Source: Eledone cirrhosa (taxonomy: Eukaryota). From it: 64,000 bases of DNA. The translations under genes and the position numbers were made by a program. Below the pieces are notes generated by a model. It worked only from the letters and a program-made list of their open reading frames with translations, was not told where the DNA came from and did no database searches. This document shows, piece by piece, positions 43,101 through 57,222 of this stretch. Location of the stretch: contig OZ024748.1 of NCBI GenBank assembly GCA_964016885.1, positions 24,304,001 through 24,368,000 of the forward strand, given 5' to 3'. The stretch's first letter is position 1. Every line of letters starts with the position of its first letter.

Positions 43101-43685
43101 ACATAAATCTTCCTAACATCACCACCACCATATACCATACATAAATCAACACCACACACACACACACCACCCAACGCCATCTTCGCCATCCTCACATGTC
43201 TTCCCTAACCACCACCACCACCACTACCACCGATATCACCACACCTACACCACCCAACGCCACCATCACCATTACCGCCATCATCACCACATGTACACCA
43301 CCTAACGCCACCATCGCCATCATCACATCCCTTCCCTAACCACCACCACTACCTCATCCTTTCCCTAACCACCACCACTACCATCAACACCATCACTACC
43401 TCAATTCACACAAAATGCCTATGCACTCTAACGTTATCACCTACAACATCAACATCATCATCAATCACAAACCAACACGACACGATTCTAACAACCAACG
43501 CCAGTGTCTATACATTGTAGTTCAACCTGCTAGAAATAGTAGCTAAATTTCCATCAAATCATATACTACCATTTTATGAAAAAAACATGACACTAGGTAA
43601 TACTGTTTTAGATAGAACGTCTGAAAATAAGTTGGTATCATCTTGTTTGGAAAAACCTTTGCATTATTTTTCTAAAATCTACCAC

Positions 43686-43774
<89 letters not shown>

Positions 43775-43899
43775 AAGAGAGGCGTAGAGGGGGGTTAAGG
43801 ACACTTTGAAACTGGTCTTTAAAAAAACTCCTAAGAATTGGAGGAACTGCAATATCTTCTCAAATATCTTCAAACTGTAAACAATGCAAAGTCAGGTTT

Positions 43900-44945
43900 G
43901 ACGACATTGGATGGCAACAGGCCACCTTACCTGTTAGAAACTGTGGCCTTGGTATCCTGTCTCCGGTCCCCGGTCTCTCTGGCATTGCCGGCGTTCCTTT
44001 CATCGCTGACCTCTTGTCATATTCTCATCAACATGGTTCTCCACAACACAACGGGATCCACTGTGATCGAGGAACGTGAAGCAGCCTGCGAGACTTGGAA
44101 CCTGCTCAGACTCCGCCCAGTAGACGTCCGTCCGCCTCTTCCCCCTGTAGACGTGAAATCCCCCCCCCCCCCCCACAGCATGTGATATGCCACCCAGTGC
44201 GACATGGCCTCAGACAGGATAACGCACCAGCTCGACCAGCACCGCCTCGCATGCTTTCGCTCGGCCTCGCAACCCCACAGCGGTGACTGTCTCAATACCT
44301 TACCCTCCTTTTCGACTAGCACGCAGCTAGATAATGATAGCCTGTGAATCGGGGTTTCCCTGAGGCTCGGCCTCCGGATCTGTGAGCCACACAAATGTCG
44401 TTGCGGATCCACCGTAGATTCTTTCGGCCTCCACCCGCTGTCCTGTCACTACAGTGTCGACAGCCTTCCACGCCATGCTGCTCTCAATCAGGTCATAAAG
44501 CATGGCTTCGATGCTGCAGGCTTCCCCTCTCAGCTCGATCCAGAAGGGCTGGATTGAGGGGATTGCAAAAGGTAGACGGCATGACCATCTTCCCGTTCCA
44601 CGGTGGTAAAACCCTCATCTGGGATGCCACATGCAGCGACACATTCTCCAGCAGCAACCTGGTGCTGTCTGCGACTAATCCAGGCTCTGCAGCGCTTCGA
44701 GCCGAGGAGAGTAAACTCTCCAAATACCGATAGCTCTCCGACAGGTTTGTGATCGAGCCCCTAGTGGTGGAGACTTCTGGTGTCCTTAGCCCTAGGATCA
44801 CCTCTCCACTTACAACCATCGACACACAGTTAGCTACCCACAGGTGTGAGATTCGCTAGCGAGATGGTTCTTTCAACGCGTCTCCCTCACCCCCCTCCGG
44901 GGAAACGTCTTCTCTATCCTGTTGCCCGTGGATGTGAGGCGGCCA
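43900..44945 (+). mobile_element. CRE-clade LINE 3' fragment (zinc finger + restriction-like endonuclease), pseudogenised
   Basis: LRLGLRICEPHKCRCG...HPLSC...PRH...VDGMTIFPFHGGKTLIWDATCSDT...AEESKLSKY...PLVVETSG, with stops. Confidence 0.75.
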
Positions 44946-45134
44946 GCACGTGTGCCCACCCCCCATTGTCTTATAATAGTGAGAGATGGGGAGAGCGGGA
45001 GGGACGAAGTTTGGTGCCCTTGTGTTTGGACCTGGTGTATATGTATATATATTTATATACCACACCACATTAATACTAAATGTGCTTCATCGTATTAACT
45101 AACACCTTTATACGATATACACAATGGTCTAGAT

Positions 45135-45701
45135 CAGATGTTTTCAAATTAGACGCTACCCCGCCCTCCAGGGGGGGGGGGGGCTCATTGAAATGGCCCA
45201 AGGGACCTAAGGGGGGCCTAAGGGGGTAGTAGAGATGATATAATAGTATATTAAATATCAAATGATGCATATATATATAGTAAAATAAAAATATATATTT
45301 ATTTACACATAGTATAGAGGAAGACCAAGGTTAACATATGTTGATGCCCTAAGGACAGACACTGGTCTGTTGGAGATGCAGGATATGGCAGCGATAATGA
45401 GGGACAGAGACCGCTGGAGAGAACTCGTCCATGGATCTCGGGAATTTTACCCGCCTTAGATAGATAGATAGATATAGGATATATATTATATTATAGAAGC
45501 TTCTATTTCTATTTCAAACTTCGCTTGCTGTTTCAAAACAAACTTACTTGATATATTATTTACTATATATAAATTAACGATTTATATATTATTTACAATT
45601 TGTGTGTAGGCAGGTCCTCTTTGGAAATAGGGTTGTGGGGCACTGAGGGTATTACGTGACCTTGACGGGGGGCGGTGGCCCCAAAAGTCTGGGAACCTCT
45701 G
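45135..45701. mobile_element. hAT (Charlie-like) non-autonomous transposon with 8-bp TSD
   Basis: TSD gtctagat at 45127-45134 and 45702-45709; imperfect TIRs cagatgttttcaaa / cagaggttcccaga. Confidence 0.8.
45312..45475 (+). mobile_element. RTE-type LINE 3' end with (TAGA)n tail, nested in the hAT element
   Basis: RGRPRLTYVDALRTDTG...MRDRDRWRELV...* followed directly by (TAGA)n. Confidence 0.75.
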
Positions 45702-47881
45702 GTCTAGATGTTTCTGTACCTGGAACCAATATACCAATATACCACCAATACACCACCACCAATACACCACCACCAATATACACACCACTAATATGCCACC
45801 ACCACCACACCACCACTACCAATATACCACCACCACCACCACCACCACCACCACCAGTCTGTGTCACAGCTAATACAGACAGTTACCAATCAGTCACGTA
45901 TAACGAAGTTTTATTTATTATTCTTCGCCGCCATTCACTAATCGATACTGCCTTTATTTCTTTTACATTTTTGTGTTTACTTGTTTTTGCTTTGTTCGCC
46001 ACGGTGGTGAGGGGGGATGGAGAGAGATGGGGTGAGGAGTAGTTAGAGTGGGGATAGGGTTAATAGAAGTTAGAGTGGTGTGGATAGTTTCATTCATTCA
46101 TTATTAGAATGTTGGGACTAGAGCAAGAGAGGGGGGGGGGGTCGGGGAGGGAGGGAGCTAGAGTGAGAGATAGGGGAGAGGGGGGAGAGAAGAGAACTAG
46201 AGAGCGAGAGAGAGTGAGAGAGAGGGGGGATGAGCGAGAGGGAAAGAGGGAATGAAAGAGAGGGAGGGAGGGAGAGACGGAGAGAGAGAGAGACAGCGCG
46301 AGAGGAGAGCGAGAGAGGAGAGAAAGAGAGGGAGGGAGAGACGGAGAGAGAGAGAGAGAGCGAGAGTAGAGCGAGAGAGACAGAGAGGGAGAGACAGAGA
46401 AAGAGAGAGAGAGAGAAGGGGTTAACAGAGCAGGTCTCTCTTACAGCTGCTACGGCTGATCCTATTGCTGCCATATTGACACACTCAGACGGAGACGGAC
46501 ACACACGGATACACACACTTACACATACATACACATATACATGCACACTCATTTGTACAGACTCACACACACACTCGTAGATACGGACACATGCGGCACA
46601 TATGTAGACACACACACACACAGATACACACAGACACACGTTCAGAGACAAACACACACACATACACAGACCCACATATACAACACACACGCACACACTT
46701 ACACATACACACACACACAAACTCTTAGACACACACACACACTAACACTTAGACACACATGCGCACACAAATACTTAGACACACATACACACACAAACAC
46801 ACAAAAGACTTATGGACAGACTCATACATACACTTACACTCACGCAAACATACTTGTACACTCTTACAAACACACATACATGTCCACACACAAACCCAGA
46901 CACATACATACATACACTCAAACCCACATACACTCACACACACACACATATACCCTCATACACACACACTATTTCAGAATGAAAAATAAAACTGACTCTT
47001 GAATTTATTTTTTTCCAATCTAAAATAGTGTGTGAGTATGTGTGTGTGTGTGCGTATATGAGTGTGTGTGTGCGTATATGAGTGTGTGCGCGCGTATATG
47101 AGTGTGCGTATGTGTGAGTGTATATGAGTGTGTGGGGGAGGGGTATGTGTTTATGTGTGAGTATATGTGTATGAGTGTGTGTGTGTGTGTGTGTATGTAT
47201 GAGTGTGTATGTGTGTGTGTATGTGTGTGTGTTTGTGAGTGTATGTGTATGAGTGTGTGTATGTATGTGTGTGTGAGAGAGCGTATGTGTGGAGACAGAT
47301 ATCAACAACCTATACCATCGCTACCCCAATGATACAAGCCCACACAGTGAGAGAATGTCCTCTGGTGTGTAGAATCCCAAACGTAAGGCACCTTGTTGTC
47401 CCAGCGGACAAATTGGAGAAAATCTTACTCCAGAGAATAGCTAGGGAGACACGTCGAAAAAGCCATTCTAACTGGCGGGACTTATATCTGTGGGTGGCCA
47501 ACTTCACCCCGATGTGAGTAGGGAGATGGAATGAGAAATGTCTCCATCGCTATTGTTTCAAAGACGTTTGTTCATCAATCACCTCTAAAAAAATAGATTA
47601 GTTTGTCTTTTTTCCTTCCTTGAGCATGTTAATTCAACCATGAATTTATACTTAATTCACTGACATTATCTCCCCTGTTCCCTTTCTCTATCTGAGAACC
47701 TAATGTACAACATTCACTACAGCCTCATTTAACTTAATTGTCCAATTTCATACCATTTGTCCTTATTTTCTTTTAGCTTCTTTTACTGTGTCTGTTTCTC
47801 TGTATATGTTAAGTAGTAAGTGAGAGATTGGGGAAAGACAGAAGTAGAGGGGGGATAAATACATATACATGTGTCTGTGTG

Positions 47882-48042
<161 letters not shown>

Positions 48043-48835
48043 GCGTGTGTGCGTGCGTGCGTGTTAATTAACTAAAGTCCAGAGACTAAGTTTCTGAATA
48101 AGTTTTGATGTGTCACGCATAATAAACATATGTTTAGTTTCACTGTGAGAATCGAGTGATTAGACTGCAAGTTTCTTTCCTCAGAAATGCTATGAAGAAT
48201 AGCTCTACTAGTTTCACCGGTTGTTACCAGCTCATCAGAATGTGTTTACTTCATCTGCTCTCTTGAGAAAGAAAGATAGCGAGAGAAAAAAGGGAGACAA
48301 ACAGACATAAAGAGAGATAAAGAGAGATGGAGCGAGATGGAGACTGTAGCTTTAAATTACTAACGAAAATGTTATAAACAGCAAGGAATGCGTCAGTTCG
48401 TTTGAATAACAATGCATCCATTTACGAGACATATTAATTTAAAATGTTACTGGGCCAGCGTGCTAGTTCTAAATAAAGTGACATGCGTAACTTTCACAAA
48501 CATACATATAGATTTGTTGTTCAAATAGACATGAGGATTAAAACAGGATTCTCTCTCACTCTTTCTCCCACCCAATGCTCTCTCTCCGCTCTCCTTTATC
48601 TGCAGAATGAGCAGAAAATTAACTCGACTAGTTTCGCCCGGTCACTCTCATCCAACATGTTTTTTACTTGATTCTGGAAAATGGCTGATCAACAATAATC
48701 TCAGAATCAAGAGAAAGAAAAGAAAACTTACATACACAAACACACACATATACGCGCGCACGCACGCACTCACACACGCACACACACGCACACACACACA
48801 CACACAATACATACATACATACATACATACATACA

Positions 48836-48869
<34 letters not shown>

Positions 48870-49443
48870 GTAGTGGCTGTCAACTCGTTTTCGAGTACGG
48901 CCACTACTTTATATCCATGTAGGAGAACCCCTACCGAAGCACTGAACAAGTGTGACTTTTTAGTCCAGCCAGCGACTTGAAAACTCTGGTACAAACACTA
49001 CACCTGTGACAATTATTGACACATAGTGCTGGGCCCATGGCACCATGTGAGGACAAGTGCAGAGAGATCTTCAGATATAAAGCAATGCCTGTGCCGTGAA
49101 GCTTTTATAGTGAGCAAAGGCACTGCACAAAGCCAGTCCCACTCTCTTAACCAAGATGATATTTACCAAAAAGAAGAACAAGTCAACATCATTGGATACC
49201 ATCAGGGTTGCAGGTGTTATATCAGAGTTTTCCTTCTCCTAGAATTCTGCCTTGACAAAGACTAAGGGGTCATCTCTCCCGGTGATTTTGGATGGCCATT
49301 GACTCTTAAGAGCTCCTTTGCCCTTTGACAGGTTTTGTTTTTAGTCCTGCAGGATGTCCAAAGTCACCCTCCTCACCAAGAAACCTTGGTGGGGTTGCCA
49401 GTTTAGTCGCCAACGACCCGACCATGAGACAGGTTGTACTGTC
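48870..49443 (-). mobile_element. Bipartite non-autonomous RTE-derived element between (CATA)n runs
   Basis: 5' segment shared with 32234-32460, 3' segment shared with 24441-24750; CATA repeats on both sides. Confidence 0.65.
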
Positions 49444-49543
49444 ATACATGTACATACATACATACATACATACACATACATACATACATACATACATACA
49501 TACATACATACATACATACATACATACATACATACATACACAC

Positions 49544-50140
49544 ATGATGGCTGCCCCTCGTTATCGAGTATGGCCTTTGCTGGAAAAAAAAGAACACACA
49601 TATATATTAATAATTAACCGTGCTGCGATCGAATTTGGCTTTTTAGCCCAGCCAATTATTTAAAATGTCTTGCACAAAGGTGGCAAACAAAGCATTCACT
49701 GGCAATAGCCGTCTGTGGTTGGACTTCATGTACTTTTGCATGTCGTTTGAGCCCTCCTGCTGATCTACACTCTCTTCCACATGCTTGACAGGTATGATGA
49801 GTTGCATTTCCGACAGCAGCCTGGTAGTCAACCACTGGTCTCACTTTATGACTGCGAAGATGACTCCCGAGTCCAGCTTTGCTGTGGCAGAGTCTCGCAC
49901 AGACGCTGCATGTCAGCGCCATAGGAGGACCTTCGTTGTCTGGAAATGTAACAGCAATGCTTTTCCTCACATCCCTTTTTACTATTTCGTATGCGATTCG
50001 AGATGCCTCAAAGGCAACTTTCCCCTCATATACAGCCTTTCTCCGTTTATTACGATCAGCAACTAAACTTTCCCATGTATCAGCAGAGATGTTAGCGTCT
50101 TTCAAAGAGGCTTTCAAGGAATCCTTATAGCTCTTTTTTG
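49544..50140 (-). mobile_element. RTE-like LINE 3' fragment with multiple C2H2 zinc fingers
   Basis: KDSLKASLK...WESLVADR...CSVCARLCHSKAGLGSHLRSH, CQACGRECRSAGGLKRHAKVH, CHLC; (TATG)n tail. Confidence 0.75.
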
Positions 50141-50155
50141 GTTTATGTGGAAGTC

Positions 50156-50213
<58 letters not shown>

Positions 50214-50214
50214 T

Positions 50215-52580
50215 TCTTTACATTCTGAGTTCAAATCCAGCCGAGGTCAACTTTGCTTTTCATCCTTCCGAGGTTAATAAAATACCAGTAAAATACCGGG
50301 GTCAATATTATTCAGTCCACCCCACCTCCTCCCAAATTGCTGGTCTTGTGCCTAAGTCAAACAATCATACTACTGATAAAGGTAGATTGTTTATTAATAT
50401 AATTAAAATAAGAATAATTAAAATAAGAATAATTAATATGACAGACCTTGTTCATTAAAATAATTCAGAGAGAAGCAATTAAAATACCAGCCGCTGTTTA
50501 TGAATATCATTAAGATAAAAGAACAATCAAATCCGTATATATATATTTTTAATTAATTGTAATATGGAAGAAACTGAAAATTGTCCAGTTTGTATAATTG
50601 TTGAAATATCTGCTAATCTTGGTATATATGGAATATCAATCCTCAACTCCCAATATTATGTTCAGCCCAATGGCGGTGGATTGGCAGTATCGGTAGAGAG
50701 TCGGACGCCATGCTTTGGCGCATAGAGTTACGGCCCTTGCCATTCTGAGTTCAAATCCCGCCGAGGTTAACTTTGCCTTTCATCCTTACGGGGTCGATAA
50801 AATAAAGTACCAGTAATGTACTGGGTAATTGCTGGCCTTGTGCCTAGAGTAGAAACAATTATGTTCAGCCTGATTATTCTTACTATTAGTCTCTGATTTA
50901 AGCCAGTATTTTGGGAGGAGGGGAAAGTCGATTAAATCAACTCAGTGCATTACTGGTACTTTATTTTATCGACCCCGTAAGGCAAAGCTAAACTCAGCGG
51001 GATTTGAACTCAGAACGTAAAGGGTTATAACTCTATGCCATAATGCACGTTGTCCGACGCCCTATCGATTCTACCAATCCACCGCCCTCAATAATAATGA
51101 TTTCCAGTATAGGCACAAGGTCAGAAATTTGAAGGGGAAGGAAAAGTTGATTAAATCAACCCCAGTGTATTACTGGTACTTTATTTTATCGGCCCCTTAA
51201 GGATGAAAGGTTAAGCTAACTTCGGCGGGATTTAAACTCAGAAGGTAAAGGCCCGTAACTCTATGCTGCGAATCATGTTGTCCGATGCTCTACCGATACT
51301 GCCAATCTACCGCCCTACCACCCTCAATAATATTGGTTTCTTATATAGGCACAAGACCATCAATTTAGGGGGAGGGGAAAGTCGATTAAATCGACCCCAG
51401 TGCATGACTGGTACTTTATTTTATCGACCTCGTAAGGATGAAAGGCAAAGTTAAACTCGGCGGGATTTGAACTCAGATCACAAAGGGCCGTAACTCTATA
51501 CTGCAAAGCATCGCGTCCGACCTTCTACCGATACTGCCAATCCACCGCCCTACGACCCTCAATAATAATAAAAATGGTCTCTAATTCAGGCAGCAATTTG
51601 TGTGGGGGGGGGGGGGAGTTGATTATATCGATCTCAGTACTTGACTGATATTTTATTTTATCGACCTCGGATAGATGAAAGGCAAAACTGGCCTTGGCGG
51701 CGTTAGAACTCAGAAAATAAAGAGATACAACTAAATACTTGAAACATCTTATCTGCTGCTTTAATTCACATATCAATAATTGTTTCTACTTTTGGCACAA
51801 GGCCAGCGATTACTCCAGTGCATTACTGGTACTTTATTTATCGATCCCGTAAGGATGAAAGACAAAGCTAACCTTGGCAGGATTTGAACTCAGAACGAAA
51901 AGGGCCATAACTCTATGCTGCAAAGTATGGTGTCAGACGCTTTACTGATACTGCCAATCACCAATCAATAATAATTGTTTCTATTTTAGGCACAAGGCCA
52001 GCAATTACTCAGTACATTACTGGTACTTTATTTAATCGACCCCGTAAGGATGAAAGGCAAAGTTAACCTCAACGGGATTTGAATTCAGATCATAAAGGGA
52101 CGTAACTCTATGCTTCAAAGCATGGTGTCCGACTCTCTACTGATACTAATGATTGATAATTACTTCTAGATTTGGTGCAAGGTCAGCAATTTGAGAGGGG
52201 GAGGGAAAGTCGGTTAAATCATTACTGGTACTTTATTTTATCAACCCCCGACCCCATAAGGATGAAAGGCAAAGTTAACCTCGGTTGTATTTGAGATTAG
52301 CTTTGCCTTCCATCCTTTTATTAACCCTTATTATTGACGGTACGATATGGTGGTGGATTGGCAGACTCGTTAGAGCGTCGTACAAAATACCCGTGGTATT
52401 TGTTCTGGCTATTTACGTTCTTAGTTCAAATTTAACCCAAGTCAACTTTACCGTTCATTTTGTCAAGTACTGGGTCAAGTACTGGGTCAAGTACTGGGTC
52501 AAGTACTGGGTTATATATACTCGACTTTCTCCCTTTCCCAAAAATGGCTGCTTTTCTACCTATTTTAGAAACCATTATTG
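50215..52580. mobile_element. Dense SINE cluster of ~10 copies, 7 of them head-to-tail on the minus strand (50890-52290)
   Basis: Repeated tactggtactttattt..atcg.ccc..aaggatgaaagg; the plus copy at 50672-50860 has TSD attatgttcagcc. Confidence 0.88.
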
Positions 52581-52972
52581 ATGGCTCGGGTTCACTCACT
52601 TATTAATGAACATTTAAATTATGTTCGTGATATAACTAGGTATAAAAATGCGTTAAAAATGTGTAATACGTAAAAGTGAGTATGTATAGACCTGTAACTG
52701 CCAGTGGGGTCGTAAGGACGCCATAGTTACACACAGCGTGTCTGGGGCGTTTTATAAAAAGCTGATGGAGCTCATACTCTCTCCAGGTCTAAACAACCGA
52801 TTTCTTCCAGAGAAGTAGAGTGTCAGAGAGAGAGAGAGAGAGAAAGAAGGAAGAAGAAGAATCAACCTTGAAATGATGAAAACAATTGGCCTCGGCAGGA
52901 TTTGAACCTAGTGAGTACATAGAGCAGAAACGAATACCAGAGAGTATTCTATCCGATGTTCTAGGGACTCTG

Positions 52973-53180
52973 CAAATTTGCCGTTTCTGATACGAATAAA
53001 ATGTATATACTCTTTAAAAGTGTTGCTAGCACCAAATTTGCCGTTTCTGATACGAATAAAATGTATATACTCTTTAAAAGTGTTGCTAGCACCAAATTTG
53101 CCGTTTCTGATACGAATAAAATGTATATACTCTTTAAAAGTGTTGCTAGCACCAAATTTGCCGTTTCTGATACGAATAAA
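52973..53180. repeat. Perfect 60-bp tandem repeat (~3.4 copies)
   Basis: Identical consecutive 60-nt lines. Confidence 0.95.
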
Positions 53181-53521
53181 AGATATAGACGATTTAAAAA
53201 TTGGATTAAAAACGAATAATCTATTTGACTACAAAGTTATATCTAGAAAAATCTACGGATTGAAAATTACATTTAGTTTATCCTATTTAGCAAATATAAT
53301 AGATAATATATAATACATAATCTGCTTCGGTGTACACATCTAATGCTTTACACTAATACGACCTTAACTACAGAACGAATTCAAAGACATAAGGTATTAT
53401 TATATACATAACGTTTATATTATTATTGTATTTATCTTATTCAGAAGACTATTGAGTGTTAAGAGGATATTTGAAATTAAGTGTTATATTATATTATATT
53501 CTATTATGTTATATTATATTG

Positions 53522-53591
<70 letters not shown>

Positions 53592-53787
53592 TTATTTATT
53601 AAAATAGCAGATTAAAGTTTAAGCAAAGAATCGCTGCTTTCACCCTTAACGGGATCTTCTGATAATATATAAGGATAAATATACATCAAATATATAAGAA
53701 CCTTAGAGCAAATATTTATTAAAATAACAGATTAAAGTTAAGGGTGAAAGTAGCGATTCTTTGCTTTAATCTATTATTTTAATAAAT

Positions 53788-53859
<72 letters not shown>

Positions 53860-53935
53860 ATGTATGTATATTATATATATATAATCCTTATCGAGCCCTC
53901 TTAGGATATTACTCTTCACATTTATTATTACTATA
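53592..53935. mobile_element. (TA)n-embedded fold-back repeat (related copy at 60007-60245)
   Basis: 53594-53650 is inverted at 53737-53788; shares segments with 60007-60245. Confidence 0.6.
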
Positions 53936-53989
53936 TATATAGCAAATTCAGATGATAGATAAAAAGCATTTCATTCTTTACAATTGTTT

Positions 53990-54488
53990 CAATGAAATCG
54001 AGTAAAAGTCGAAGATAACAAAAGCAAAATAACAATAAAATTACAAAATAAATTCCCCAATATGGGGGTAACCACTCAGGGCGACTCAGGTAGCCCACCA
54101 ATCCTGAACCACGCTTCGAGGGCAACCAGGAATGGCACCCCCCTCTCCTCCTCAAATTAGCCAGCCTACATGTACATGTTCAGAGTAGGTCCATTCTCAC
54201 GGGCTATTCTCTCCACATTCACCCACCTTTTAGCAAATGTACTGGGGGGGGGGGGGGTAACACTTCTCTATCCACCCTCACCTTCCTTTCCAAGTGAAAC
54301 TTGAAAAAGTTGATAAGGGATTGGTCGAAGAGAGAAGTGTACGTCTTCAGTCCTTTCAACCTGGTCAACCACAGAAACTCTTTGGTCACCGCCACGGAGG
54401 GAAATTGCCCGTCCTTCCCGGCCAAAAGAAGGTGGTGGGTCGATCTTCACGATAAATTCGGTCGATAGCCAGATCCGGCCTACACGCG
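53990..54488 (-). mobile_element. Degraded 3' fragment of Tx1 subfamily B
   Basis: Aligns by eye with 61640-62142 (IVKIDPPPSFG, RLKGLKT, FFKFHLERKVRV, and the 3'UTR). Confidence 0.85.
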
Positions 54489-55560
54489 TGAATGGTGATG
54501 GTGATGGTGGTGATGATGGTGGGGGTGATGGTGGTGGGGGTGATGGTGGTGATGATGGTGGTGGTAGTGATGGTGGTGATGATTGTGGTGGTGATGATGG
54601 TGGCGGCGGTGGTGGTGGTGATGATGTTGGGGGCGGGGTGGGGTGGGTGGGGGATGATGGTGGGGGTGGGGTGGGCATGGGGGGGTGATGATGGCGGTGG
54701 TGATGATGGTGGTTGTGATGGTGGTGGTGATGATAGTGGTGGTGATGATTGGGGGGGGGGGGGGGGGTGATGGGGGGGGGGGGGGGTTATGTTCATGATG
54801 CTGGTGGTGATAGTGATGATGGTGATGGTGATGTGGTGATGGTGACGGTAATGATGATGATGGTGGTGATGCTGGTGGTGATGGTGATGATGGTGATGGT
54901 GATGGTAATGATGATAGTGATGGTAATGGTGGTTGTGATGGTGATGGTGGTGGTGGTTAGGATGACAACGGCACAATGATGGTGATGATGGTAATGAATG
55001 TATTTACTGTGATGATGATGATTGTAGTGGTAGTGATGGCGGTGATGGTGATTGTGATGGTGGCGATGGTTGTAGTGATTTTGATGGTGATAGTGATGGT
55101 AATGTTTATGGTGATGGTAATGGTGGTGATATTTATGGTAGTAGTGGTGATGGTGACGATGATGGTGATGATAATGCTGATGGTAGTGATGCTGGTTGTG
55201 GTGATGATGGTGATGGTGATTGCGGTGCTGGTGATAGTGGTGTTGTTGGTGGTTCTGGTGCTGGTGGTAGTGGTGGTGGTGGTTGTGGTGATAGTGGTTC
55301 TTGTGCTGGTGATGGTTGTGGTGTTGTTGGGGGGTGATGGTGATGATGATGGTGGTTCTGGTGCTGGTGATAGTGGTGGTGGTGTTGGTGGTTGTGGTGA
55401 TAGTGGTTCTTGTGCTGGTGATGGTTGTGGTGTTGTTGGGGGGTGATGGTGATGATGATGGTGGTTCTGGTGCTGGTGATAGTGGTGCTGGTGTTGGTGG
55501 TTGTGGTGATGGTGGTGATGGTGTTGTTGGTGGTTGAGGCGTAGCTGGTGCTGATGGTAT
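54489..55560. repeat. Degenerate (GGT/GAT)n low-complexity tract
   Basis: Visible trinucleotide repeats. Confidence 0.9.
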
Positions 55561-56121
55561 TGGTATGTTCGGTGCTGGAGTAGTGGCTGGGAGATTGTGT
55601 GTGTTTTCAGGGGTGATGGTGAAGGTGGAAGTGGTCGGTAATGTGGTTCTGTGTTTTGGAGGGATTTGAGTACAAATGTGGTGTGGGTGGGTGGGGAAGG
55701 GAAAGGCGGAGGATGGGATAGAAGTACAAAGTCAGGAAAAACAAAGGGTGATGAAGAGAGACAGAGAAAAGAGAGCGGGGGTGTGGGAGGAGTGGGGTGT
55801 AGGAGAAATAGTTGGGTGGGGGAAGTAATAATGGTGAGAGTAGAGATGTGATGATGGTGGGAGGATGTAGCAAGGCCAGTAAGAGGGGGAGTTGGGGAGA
55901 ACCATGCGTTAATGTTAGAGGGAAAGGAAGTGTTGGTGAATGAGAGAGAGAGAGAACGAGAGAGAGAGAGAAAGAGAGAGGGGGTAGGAGGCTTCCGCAG
56001 AAGGAGGGACAGGGTGAGTAAGTACAAGTGAGGGAGAGGGTGGATGGGATGCAGAAGGGGAGGGTGAATAGATTACAAAATGAAAGGGGAAGGGAGGAGA
56101 ATAAAGAGGAAGTACAAGAGA

Positions 56122-56152
<31 letters not shown>

Positions 56153-56325
56153 TGGGAGGGAATTAGAAAGCTAGAGAGGGAGAAATAAATAAAGAAAAAA
56201 AGAAAGGAACTAAAGATGAAAGTGTGTTGGTAGTAAAGAAAGAGAAAGTAAAAGATTAAAAGAAAATAAAGAGGCAATAGGTTCCACCAAGAGATAGATA
56301 GATAGATAAATAGATAGATAGATAA

Positions 56326-56401
<76 letters not shown>

Positions 56402-56419
56402 GTAGATAGATAGATAGAT

Positions 56420-56465
<46 letters not shown>

Positions 56466-56970
56466 AAGGTTACGGTAGGAGTGAAAATTAAGCGAGAGAA
56501 GAGATAATAAAAATAGGTGTTGTTGTTGTTGGGGTTGTTAGTGTATTTATTGCTGACAACAAAACTATTGTGGCAAACTATATAAGACTACTTCAACATG
56601 GAGAAGGAGACACGTGGCTTGCTGGTTGGGGTGTTTCATCTAGAAATTCTAAGGTCGAAAGTTCGATTAACGACGGCGTGTTGTGTCTTTGAACAAGACA
56701 TTTTATTTCACGTGTCCAGCCCACACAGTTGGCAAACATCTGTGGTAACTGTGATTCAAAGAGCCTCACACAGACAGACAGACAGACATGTATACACACA
56801 CACACACTGTGTCACTGAATCTCCCTGGAAATTACAGTAAGGGTACACGTGTTTGTAGAATACTCAGCTACATGCCTGTTTATTTTCCGAGCGATCTGTT
56901 CTGTTGATGTAAAAACTGGAACACTCATCATCGAAAACGATGGAGCTCCAACATTACTGTAACACTATTT

Positions 56971-57022
<52 letters not shown>

Positions 57023-57026
<4 letters not shown>

Positions 57027-57222
57027 AGTGTAAAGTGCTGTTACTGTACGTTCACCTAAGTGAACACTCGATGTTGATTCTCTCATTACCACAGCAGAGG
57101 TCCGACGAGCTTATGATTCCAGAGTCGGGCCAGATCGAACCTTGATCTGATCAATAACGAAACGCGCGTCTCTACTCAATAAATGTAATGAAGGCATAAC
57201 AATTCGTCCTTTTACTATCATA
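57023..57222 (+). mobile_element. Penelope-like 3' remnant in (TA)n with hammerhead-like motif (~57095-57177)
   Basis: CCGACGA...GAAA-c(gcgc)g-TC, then AATAAA; (TA)n on both sides; core U4 is changed to C. Confidence 0.6.

Noticed and set aside
52973-53180. CRISPR-like periodicity
   Set aside because: Units are identical with no unique spacers; eukaryotic context with no cas genes.
53625-53662. Hammerhead-like CAGAAGA...GAAA-gcagc-GA on the minus strand (also ~60040-60075)
   Set aside because: U4 and the UH cleavage site are missing and stem I does not pair, so it was not called a ribozyme.
54957-56027. 356-aa H/P/T-rich ORF
   Set aside because: Low-complexity trinucleotide tract with no domain or splice support.
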